Positions 12,701 to 25,000 of a stretch of DNA of 64,000 bases are shown in pieces. Location: contig OX597815.1 in assembly GCA_951406725.2 (NCBI GenBank), positions 93,744,001 through 93,808,000 of the forward strand. Direction: 5' to 3'. A program made the translations under genes and the position numbers. The stretch is from Octopus vulgaris (Eukaryota). Each line of letters starts with the position of its first letter. Within the stretch, counting starts at the first letter, position 1. Under the pieces are notes generated by a model. The model was given only the letters and a program-made list of their open reading frames with translations, did no database searches and was not told where the DNA came from.

Positions 12701-15700
12701 ACAAACCACAAATGCCTTCAGGTAGATGACCCTACTCAATCTGCAGAAAAGGCATAGGTAGAAACTCTATAAGATGTACCCAGTGTAAGCTATGGACACA
12801 TATCAAAGGAAGGCTAACTGGAAAGATAGTTTTTGTATGTGGCAGATGCTCAGGAGCAATAAACACTGAAACTGTGCAGAGAACAACTTCTGCCACATTC
12901 CAGGGAGAAAAACTAGAAGTAGTTGAGAGCTTCCGTTACCTAGGTGACCAAGTCAGTAGTGGGGGGGGGATGTATTCTGAAAGTGTAGCTGCTAGAATAA
13001 GAATAGCCTGGGCAAAGTTCAGAGAGCTCTTACCTCTGCTGTTGACAAAGGGCCTCTCACTCAGAGTAAAAGGTATGACGCATGTGTACGAACAGCCATG
13101 CTACATAGCACTGAAACATGGGTTATGACTGCTGAGGACATGCGTAAGCTTGCAAGGAATGAAGTCAGTATGCTCCACTGGATGTGTAATGTCAGTGTGC
13201 ATACTTGACCGTATGAGAGAAAAGTTGGACCCAAGAAGCATCATATGTGGTGTGCAAGAGAGACGACTGTGCTGGTATGGTCATGTGGCAAGAATGGATT
13301 AGGATAGCTGTGTGAAAAAGTGACATACCCTAGCGGTTGAGGGAACCTGTAGAAGAGGTAGACCCAGGAAGACTTGGGATGAAGTAGTGAAGCACGACCT
13401 TCGAACATTAGGCCTCACCAAGGCAATGACTAGTGACCGAGACCTTTGGAAATATGCTGTGCTTGAGAAGACCTGGCAAGCCAAGTGAGACCATAACCTT
13501 GTGGCCTATGCCAGGAATGTAACCAGCCCACTTATGCATCCCTTTCCTTCATTGGACACTAAACTCTACTTGCGAAGACCTGTTGAGGCAAGTGATATCG
13601 AAATCAAATTCGATGACTGGCATCCGTGCTAGTGGAACACTAAGAGCACCATCCGAGCATGCTAGTGGCACGTAAAAAGCACCATTGAAGCGTGATTGTT
13701 ACCAGCGTCGCTTCACTGGCACATGAAAAAATGTTAGAGCGAGGTTGTTGCTAGTGCCACTGGACTGGCTCCTGTGCTGGTGGCATGTAAAAAACACCAT
13801 TTGAGTGTGGCTGTTACCAGTACCGCCTGACTGGCCCTCATGCCAGTGGCACATAAAAGCACCCACTACACTCTTGGAGTGGTTGGCGTTAGGAAGGGCA
13901 TCCAGCTGTAGAAACTCTGCTAGATCGGAGCCTGGTACAGCCATCTGGTTCACCAGTCCTCAGTCAAATCGTCCAACCCATGCCAGCATGGAAAGCGGAC
14001 GTTAAACGATGATGATGATGATGCCCTTTTTGATGCTAATCCATTGATTATTCTTAACTTTGTCTTTTTCTCTCTCTTTATTAATAATTCAAAGGTTCAA
14101 CCTTGTCACATTATGTCACAATGATATAGCTTAAGAATTGCATTAAATATATATCTCTTTGTGGAATACTCAACCACTTCTATTTACACAATAATTTTAT
14201 GAGTAGGAACCCACTTGGTTGAACAATTGAATGTTTATCAAGCTCAAAGGAGGATCCACCATCATCTAACACTGCTTACTCTAGTAACATACAACCTACT
14301 TCATTCACTATTTCCAGCTGTAAAAACAATTTCATCTCCAATACAAACCATCTCAACCATACTATAATGTTAAAATAGATGAGAAACAATAGAAAAAAAT
14401 GTTGTGATAGGAAGTTTGATTTGGAGTGAATCAGCTAGTTGACAAAGTAAAGAAATGAAATGGTTACCTGTAACTCTTCCACACACTGCCCACATTAAGT
14501 GGTCAACAACAACTTCATAGAGTAATTGACTTTCTGATGATGATGTATTACTAGTGTCAGTGTTGATCACACTAAAGTCTAAATGACAAACATTTCCAAC
14601 TTTACAAGTTTTATTATCATTCCCAGGGATTATATTAGATGTTATCATATACAGTGTCTGAAAGTAAAAAGAAAGGTAGATGTAATTACTTAAATGATTC
14701 TTTAGACAAAAGTTTATTTCCCATTGGATTGCAGAAAATTAATATATCTCAGAATCTCACTTCCTTAATTTGAGGTCACACATGAGAATGTTAAATCTCA
14801 CATGAGATGAGAAATGATCAAGAAGAGTGAGATTAAGCCTCACGAATGGGATGATACAGCATCAAAAGCATTGGTGATATAATAATGCTGAGTCCCATAA
14901 ATGTGATGAAACAAGAACAAGTGGAGAAGTGATATATTATAGACCTATTTAATCTATGCCAATTTAGAAAATAGATGTTATGACAATAATGATAACAGAT
15001 TCTTTTATAACATAAACTGATCCAGATTTGAATGCTACTCATGTATGTAGGCTGGTGTTGCTACTACACCTGCTAAAGTATCTTAGACCACAACCTCTTG
15101 AAGACCATCTGACTGAGTTGCAATCCTCACCATACAACAACTTCTGCCCCATAGTATGTTCCCCGCCCCCATCTGCCCCTCTTTTCTACCACTATTAAAA
15201 CAGATTCTAATCCTCTGAACTAGCAAGCTGTCTATCACCACCACCATCATTACCCAAACCTACCAGATGCACCAGCCTCACTACCTATCTTCATCCCTAG
15301 TCCCCCAAATTTTCCACTAAAGATTTTGCACAATCCTTCCAACTCAGATTGGAAATCCTCTGGGGCATTCTCCAAGCCAACATTTTCCCTTAAAACATCA
15401 GATTACATAAAAATCAAGTTAAACAGCAACTACACTAACTTTGCTAGTGAGAATAGCCTGAAAATACTGAGGAAACTATCCTACAACGATAAAAAATGCT
15501 TGTAAAACTTACCTGTATATTGTCTAAATGGATGTTGTATACAGATAATCTACATAAGCTGTCTTCATCCATAGATGATCGGTAGGTAACAGAGAAAATA
15601 AGGTCAAGAGAGGATGGTCCTGGGACAGCATTACTTCGAAGTTGCCACATATAACATATTGACTGGTCATTATGAACTTCCTAGATTTCAAGTAGAAAGG

Positions 15701-17195
15701 TTCATATTTTGTTAGTGTCATATAGAATTTATGATGGATTTTATTAGAGACAATTTAATTTTGATTAGAAAATATATACTTAGTTTTCTCTAATCCTATT
15801 ATTCCTTCTTTATCTTAACAAAAGGTTTTTTACTCAAGACATTCATTCCTCACAATTTTCTCAGCAATATAATGCATTAACTTCCTTTACTTTTCTTTTG
15901 TTTTTATCACAATTTTGCATATTCATTTACTGAACATCATAATACCATCATCAATGTTGTACATGGTATACTACATATATTTTAAGCACTTACAATATAA
16001 CATATATATTTTATTTAGTTAGTATACATCAGATATGGTTAATTAGTATATATTTTCAAATATCACTGTATCATAATGTATGCAATCAACATAATTTAAA
16101 TGTCTGAAGATTAAAACACTTTATTGATATTTGAAACAATCAGAAAATACTAAACAAAATACCAGTAAAAGTGGATACAATGTCTTTAAGGTTAACATAC
16201 TAGACTACTACAGACCACATGAGTTTAAATCTGATTTCAAAATCTATTCTTGTTAAAACCTTGGATAAGGCCTATAAACATTGTATGCTGAAAGGTAGAC
16301 ATATAAGTATGGTGCATGGTAGACATATAACTATGGTGTAATGTAGGTACATAAATGTGAGTTGGGCACATAATAATGATGGAAGGTATATATAAGACAA
16401 GGATGTATGGTAATAAGTGTACCTTACCAGAATGAAAGACACATTAATTTCAAATTGTGATGTAAAGTAGACACAAGACAACTACAATATAAAGTAGGCA
16501 TATTACTAACTATGATGTATGGAAGAAACAAGACTAACCTGCCATTTATCAAAATGTCCAAGATATGTAAAGTCCACATCATTGTTATCAACAGTCTTCA
16601 AATGAGGTTTGGTTAAAGAAAACGGAGTTTCGTGGTTACCTTTTACTTCAACCTGTATATATTTCCTGCAAAAACAGATGTATATTTATTAATATATATG
16701 TAACCATAAGTCAACATGTACATATGTAAATGTTTCTGTGTGCATGCATATATGTCATTGTTTATTCCCAGGTTATCCCTCACTGGACAGACCTATGATC
16801 AAAAGCATTCCAAAAACTAGTTAAAATATAGCATATCCATGACTACATTATCCAATGTACACTTTCTTTTTTCTAAAATGGTAAGATGTGATTTGAGATT
16901 TGACTGCTATTTTCAGCAGGTTGACAAATCATGTGCTTTCTTAATGGCTCATGTGTGTTCAAGTGTGCATTTGTTTAAGTGAATATGTGTATGTATGTAT
17001 ATACATCGTCATCATTCTCCTTTAACGTGTTTTCCTGGCATGGGTTGGACAGTTGACTGGAGCTGGCAAGTTAGAGAGCTGCACTAGGTTCCAGTCTGGT
17101 TTGGTTTCTATGCCAACCACTTTACAGTGTGTGCTGGGTGCTTTTAATGAGGCACCACACAAGCATTTTTATGTGTCACTGGCACAAATGCTCTT

Positions 17196-17228
<33 letters not shown>

Positions 17229-18970
17229 GTCTATGTGCAAGTATAAGCTTGTGTGTATATGTCTGTATTCAAGTGTGTGTATGTGTGTGTGTGTGTCCAT
17301 CCCTATTAAATTAATGTTACAAAATGCTACCATTTTAACATATTTCATTTTAAAGAATGCCCAAATACTATGACTTTATGTCACAACATTTGGATATGTG
17401 GTACTACATACCACATAGAACATGTTCAAATCTTACTGATATACTGTGCTACACTTATGAGCAAGGTATATAATTCTTCTGTTTTGTTTTGTTTTGTTTT
17501 TATTTTCCTATGGTTTGATCAGAACAGAGCGGTCTCAACTAAAGTCAAACAAGGGCTAGGTAGTTATGTTAAAATGGGCAATACATAAAATCTATCACTT
17601 AAAAACAGAATCTGTCACATCGACAGGTTCTACAATATTCATGTAACAAATATTCAATGTGCTACACAGTGAGATTGAACCCCAAACCACATAGTTGTGA
17701 AGCAAACTTCTTAAACACACAGCTATACTTGAAATCATAAGCCTTACCTACTTGCTCAAAATTGCCTCACTGACACTTATAGCAAAGAGCTGTATAGGAA
17801 GGTCAGCCTTCTAACTAATCCAGCCAGTCTATATGTGAATGTATATATTTCAGATACATTGTACCATAATTGTTGTTGTTGCTGTTTAGCTCTTAGTCAG
17901 CTTTGATCAAGCAATGATCAAAAGATTTCCAGTTATTATCATCACATCATTTTGTATATCAGAGACTACATTTTCCCATGAAGCTTTTTTATTTCAAGAT
18001 GGGAAGTTACTCTTTAAAGATCTGGGTACAATTTCTAGTAGGCCAAGTGATCACAAAGGAGCTATTTTGCTTTATTGTTGCACTTTTCAATGTACTGCGA
18101 AGAAGATATTGGTATACTTTCTTACTGATAACTTCATATAGGCAAGAAAGTTAGGGCTTTTTGGGAATATGGCAAGACATGGTGGTGGTGTATACCATTC
18201 CAAGTTAATGGCAATTAAGTCATGTGAATGTGAAATGAATTGAGTTTCAAATCAAAAGATCTATGAACTAAATTCATTGCAAGTGTATATAGTTCTTATG
18301 GACACAGATACTACAACTCCACCTCATTATTACCATCAACATCCTCCCTCTCATCACAATCATCATCATCATTACCATAAGCATCACCATTCTCACTCTC
18401 ACTAAAATGAATTATTGGCTAGTCACATGGCCAATTTATAAAGTGGTAGCCATGTTGCTGTACTGGTGGGGCATTTCATAAAGGGAATAAACTCCAGTAC
18501 CTTACAGGTACTTATTTTACTGACCCTGAAAGCCAGAAAGACAAAAGAAAACATGGGAAAATTTGAGGCACTGAAAATTGTGCCCCATCTAGCTGCCACT
18601 CCCACCACCATAAATGCCATCATTATCATCATCAGTACTGTCAACTGTATCCACAAAGGTCTATATCATCCATTATCACACTCCACAAAGAAAACAATAA
18701 CAGTTCTATCAGTTACTCTGGGTTCATCAGAAATCAAAGCTTGCTTACCTCTCTTGACAGGAGAAGACTTTATGAGAAAACTGCAAAGGTGGATAGAATG
18801 TCACATGGCAGCTAATGGGATAGTGCAAGAATGAACTTTCAAATGTTAACTGGAAATTAAGATAGAGACATATCAAAATGTGAAATGAGTATATGTGTGA
18901 AGATAGTATATGATAATACACAAAACTACATGAAGATCACATTATATGTGTGTATGTGTGTGTGTGTGTG

Positions 18971-19018
<48 letters not shown>

Positions 19019-22000
19019 ATTCTCTTGTTGTAAACAACAAATGAGAGTTCAGTAAAATAAAGCATTAATCATGTTCTATGGACACAAATGTGTCTCTTGA
19101 GGCCTACTGGTGCCTTGCAAACCTTTTGGAACAAGTTGAGGACTCAGTTTGCTTGAGGGCTTGTGGATGCTTGCTATGTGTTTTCTATATATATATATAT
19201 ATATGGCATCGGAGAGCATAAAGATTAAGGTTGTAGTTGAGAAAAACTTAGCTGATATGGAGAACTGGAAGCCATTTGAATACTGGAAAAGACTTACCAG
19301 TGTCATGATGACAGGGACAGCTACAATGAAGACTACAAGGCTGTGGCCAGCAAGGGACACAGCAGACATTCTGACTGCATCTGCATGCCAGTATTCATCT
19401 AACAACTAATGAACAAATGCTTATGTGAAACTGCTGGAGACTATGGCCAAACCCTGCCTGCAGAGGGTTGCTGCTGGAAGGTCATATGTGAGGCAGCAAG
19501 ATTCAGCTCCTAACCATAGCTCTTCAAAATGTCAGATGTGGTTGTCAGAAAATTCGTACAATTTCACCAACCCCAATTTTTTGACTCCTAATTCTCCTGT
19601 CAATGGTTAGAGCATCAGCTTGCAATTATGAGGTAGTGAGTTCAATTCCCAGACTGGATTGTGTGTTGTGTTCTTGAACAAGACACTTTATTTCACGTTG
19701 CTCCAGTTCACTCAGCTGCAGAAATGAGTTGCAACATCACTGGTGCCAAACTGTATTGGTCTTTTGCCTATCCTTTGGATAACAATGGTGGCATGGAGAA
19801 GGGAGGATGATATGCATGAGCAACTGCTGATCTTCTATAAACAACCTTGCTCAGACTTGTGCCTCAGAGGGTAACTTTCTAGGTGCAATCCCATGGTCAT
19901 TTGCAACCGAAGGGGGATCTTTACTCTTTACTCTAATTCCCCTGTTTGTAATCACATGGATTATTATATATGGGGCGCACTTGAGAAAGACATCAACTTC
20001 ACACCAAGCTAGAGGTCAAGATCAAGAAGCTGTTCAAAGATCTTCCGAAGGACACAGTGAGGAACACATGCACTCGATTTTGGAGCCATCTTGAGGCCAT
20101 GGTGAAAGCTGAGGACAACTACTTTGAGTAAACTGTTATTTCTCAGCCATAATGTAGTTGATACTTATTGATTTTTTTAAAAATACTTTTGTTTTTGGAA
20201 GGGATATTGTTTTCTTTTCCTTTTATGCAAACTATCAAATTTATCTCAAACACTGTATGTGTGTGTATGTGTGTGTGTGTGCAATATATATATAAATGCA
20301 AACTGAAACTTTTCAGAAATTAATATGACTTCTGATATTCATAGATGGATGGAGTCAAATGAATCAATGTCATTGTAACTCTATGGCCATCCTATAGATT
20401 TTATTGTAAATGGATCTTTGTAAAGAACTATTTTATTCTATTACTTACCTTCCTACTGTCCTGTCAACCTGTTCAATATTCACTTACTCACTTTATTATA
20501 AACTTGCCAACATTAGAATTGACATGAGATAAACAGATCAGGAGGGAGGTCATTCTAACATTTTGGTAGAAAATCTTCATTGTTTTTACAGTTGTAAACA
20601 TAGTTTTAATATGCTCAACAAGGTGGGAAGAGATTCAACTACCATACCTAGTTACTACCTTTGTATTATGAGAAAATTTGTCACTTGCTTTGAATCTTTG
20701 ACTAATGAGATAGTTATTATTTAGACAAAAGAGCTTTTGACCAATGGATTGGCTGTAATTAGACAACTCTAAAAACAATGAAGACTTTCTGCCAAAATGT
20801 TAGAATGACCTTCCTGGTGATCTGTTTATCTCATGTCAATTCTAATATAGGTCAGTATGTGGATGAGTAGACAAGTTTATAATAAACTGAGTAGATGAAC
20901 AGTTAGGAGAGTAGGAATGTAACCAATGAATAGACTGTAATCTACATGTAAAAACATTTTAAAGTATGATGTAAGAGTTGAATCACTTCAGTTCACTAGG
21001 TGGACAGCGATATTTTACTCAAGATTTAACAACAGTACACTGTATCCTCGGTTGTTCAGGGTTTAACAATAGTACATCATATCATTAGTTATTCAGTGTT
21101 TAACAGCAGTACCCTATACAACTGTTTAGTCAGGATTTAATAACAGTACCCAATGTATCACATTTAAAAACATTATTTTGTACTGCTGTTATTCAAGATT
21201 CAACAACAGTGCCTTGTAACAAGTTAACTCATGTCATCAACAGTAAATTATACCATTGATTATTCAGTTTAACAATAGTACTTTGCACTACATGGTTAAA
21301 CTACAGTATTTTGTACTGCTGGTTATCCAGAGTTTCAAAACTGTTCCTTGATCAAGTAGTCATTTAATAACACTACTTTTCCAGTAAAATTAGTTATTCA
21401 ATGTTTAACAATTGTACCATCAGTTAGTCAATATTTAACAGCAGTAAGCATCTAAACAACTTGATGACACTGGATCAAAAAGGAGTTAAATCATCTTCCA
21501 ATAGCAACATATAGTCTTGAAGAAGGAGAAACACAGTAGACAAAAAGCCTGATTTGATCATGTTGGATTATAGATATATCTGATTAATGCTAACAAGGGA
21601 CAAAACAAATATGACTGATTTATTCATGTGGTGACCAAACTGAAAGAAGCTTTGTATAAATCAGAACTCACAGTTGCTTCAGCAGAGTCCTTGGTAAGAA
21701 TATGCTGGAGTTGTAAGTTCATTGTGACACTACTGTTTACTGAGACAGCTCCTAGGGAAATTTTCACATCACTCTCATCGTTGTAAAATGCTGATAGACC
21801 TGAGGATGTATTCACACTCAAAATACTACCTTCAGTTACAGGAATACTACAGGTGTTTAAAGTTAATTCCACATCTTGCTTTATTCCAGATATCAGCTCA
21901 CCTGAAAATAGAACATAACATTAGCATTTGTAATTAATAAAATTCTAGGTATCTGAGATAAGAGTAGCTGATGATTTATCCTACTTTATACTGGGACTAT

Positions 22001-22021
22001 TTATACATAATATCAGTGTTG

Positions 22022-22072
<51 letters not shown>

Positions 22073-25000
22073 TATCATCATCATCATCAATTTTGATACA
22101 ACTTATTGTTCAATCATTGCTGAATTGTTTATTTTTTATTTTCATATATAACATATAAGCATTAATAGTTTATTCTTTATTTTACAGCTTTGATAATAAG
22201 TGGTTAAAAAATTGCAATTAAAGCCATTTTACACTACCAGTGGAAAAGAAAAAGGACTAAGTGCAAGAGCAGCAGCAAAAGAAATTAATGATGTTGAAGG
22301 CCCAGGAACTGTCAACAAAAGTGTGGCATCAAACTGGTTCAGATGTTTCAAGAAAGGTAATACAGTCTTGAAGACAAACTAAGGTCATAGAGATCTTCTG
22401 TTGTGGAAGATGAGGTTCTGCTTGAAATGGCCGAATAACAGCCAAGCACAAGCATTCATAGATTGTCAGCAGAACTTGGTCCTTGACAGAGGACCATCAG
22501 CTGATATCTACTTAAGCTTGGCTTTGTGAACAGATGTTCTCAAAAATCTATTCATGAACTAAATGACCAGACTCATTGATGTGAGAACATTTGCAAATAA
22601 CTGCTGGAAAATCCAAAAGGTGCCCAGTTTTAGTGTTGACTTGCAACTGGAAATGAAAAATGGATCTATTTCCATAATCCTGGTCAGGCTTTGGGACCTG
22701 TTGTCAAATAAGGACGATTTAAACAGGTCATGTTATGTGTTTGGTGGTATTTTAAGGGGGTGTTGCACTTTGAGCTTGTCCAGATGATCATGTTGTGTAT
22801 GCTAACCTTTATGCTCAACAACTGCAGTAAGTATATGATACTTTGAAAGCCCATCTGGCATAGGTCAGTTGAAGACATGCACTCCAACAACATGACACTG
22901 CCCCAACACACGGTGCCAATGTAACTAAATGCAAACATGAGCAACTTGAGAGGCTGCAAGTGCTGCCTCACCCTGCCTACAGCCCAGAACTCGCACCATT
23001 CGATTACCACCTTTTATTCCCCTAGTCAAATATAAGAAAGAAAACCAAAGAATCCCAGAAAATGCATTCTAGTCTGTTTTGGTAACATATATAGAATCAT
23101 TAAACAACCTATGTAAGGGAATGCAATATCTTTTTTCTTTGTTTTCAATTATTGATATAATCTTTCACATTTTGGTCAAATCTTCACTCACATTGCTCAA
23201 AAATTTTTGCAAACATCTATCTCATTTTCATATATAAAAATGTATATAATTTAGTTTAGATCTTGCTGATTGTAATTATTAGCTCAGTAGCCTGCCAGCA
23301 TGTAATTGGCAAGTGGTGTACACTGTAGGAAAACTAATAAATAAACATTCCTATTTTACCATCTAGTTACAAGACTAATTAACATAATTGCAATTACTTC
23401 ATGACATCAGGTATTTCACAACTCCAATCCCTATCACAACATTAGCTACACAAGTTACACATTCTACAGCTGGATGCCCTCCTGAACACCAACTACTTCA
23501 AGAGTGTAGTGGGTGCTTTTATGTGCCACTGGCATGAGGGCCAGTCAGGTGGTACTGGCAACAGCCACACTCAAATGGTATTTTTTATGTGCCACCTGCA
23601 CAGGAGCCAGTTCAGCAGTACTGGCAACGACCTCGCTCAAATGTTATTTTTTATGTGCCACTGACACAAGTGCCAGTAAGGCGACATTGAATGGTGCTTT
23701 TTACCTGCCACCAGCATGGGAGCCAGTCAGCAGCCCTGGCAACAATCATGCTCGAATGGTTCTCTTAGCGTTCCACTAGCACAGATGCCAGTCATGCAGT
23801 GCTGCCATCGAATTTGATTTCGATTTCACTTGCCTCAACAGGTCTTCGCAAGCAGAGTTTAATGTCCAATGAAGGAAAGGTATGCATAAGTGGGCTGCTT
23901 ACACCACTGGGATAGGCCACGGGTTATAGTCTCACTTGGCTTGCCGGGTCTTCTCAAGCACAGCCTATTTCCAAGGGTCTCAGTCGCTAGTCATGCCCCG
24001 GTGAGGCCTAATGTTCAAAGGTCGTGCTTCACCACCTCCTCCCAGGTCTTCTTGGGTCTACCTCTTTCACAGGTTCCCACAACCACTAGAGTGTGACACT
24101 TTTTTACACAGCTATCCTCATCCATTCTCGCCACATGATCATACCAGCACAGTCGTCTCCCTTGCACACCACATCTGATGCTTCTTAGGTCCAACATTTC
24201 TCTTAAGGCACTTACACTCTGTCGAGTATGCACACTGACATTACACATCCAGTGGAGCATACTAGCTTCATTCCTTGCAAGCTTATGCATGTCCTCAGCA
24301 GTCACGGCCCATGTTTCACTGCCATGTAGCATGGCTGTTTGTACACATGCATCATACGGTTTACCTTTTACTCTGAGCGAGAGGCCCTTTGTCACCAGCA
24401 GAGGTAGGAGCTCTCTGAACTTTGCCCAGGCTATTCTTATTCTAGCAGCTACACTTTCAGAGTACCCACCCCCGCTACTGACTTGGTCACCTAGGTAACG
24501 GAAGCTGTCAACTACTTCTAGTTTTTCTCCCTGGAATGTGGCAGAAGTTGTTCTCTGCACATTTTCAGTGTTTATTGCTCCTGAGCATCTGCCACATACA
24601 AAAACTATATTCCCAGTTTGCCTTCCTTTGATATTGCTGCACCTCTTATGTGTCCATAGCTTACACTGGTTAATAGAGTTTCTACCTATACCTTTTCTAC
24701 AGATCGAGCAGGGTCATCTACCTGAAGGGATTTGTGGTTTGTCTGCCTTTCTACTTATTACGACTTTGGTTTTAGCTAGGTTGACTCTAAGGCTCTACAA
24801 TTCTAATCCTTGCTTCCACATCTGAAACTTCTCCTCTAGTTCTGATAGTGACTCAGCAATTAGAGCAAGGTCATCTGCATAGAGGATCTTTTACTTGTTT
24901 CAGTCATTAAGTGACAGCTACACTGGGGCACCACCTTGAATTTTTAATCAAATGAATCAACATCACTCTCTAACCTTTCATCACCTCCAATGCCACATGC

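Noticed and set aside
13699-14005. Recurring short ORFs such as WLALGRASSC / LQLDALPNANH
   Set aside because: Translations of the RTE 3' UTR repeat, a common source of false gene models.
10425-14023. Active autonomous LINE or domesticated RT gene
   Set aside because: Many stops, frameshifts and deletions, and YTDD at the catalytic motif.
18423-19409. 77-122 aa ORFs in introns 16-17
   Set aside because: No recognisable motifs; low-complexity or antisense to exon 17.
19601-19680. tRNA gene
   Set aside because: A/B boxes only; it continues into a SINE body flanked by a TSD.
21010-21445. Regularly spaced repeats superficially like a CRISPR array
   Set aside because: Eukaryotic intron, degenerate tandem units without unique spacers, and no cas genes.
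22190-23015. SETMAR-like host gene
   Set aside because: Only a broken transposase, with no SET domain or exon structure.
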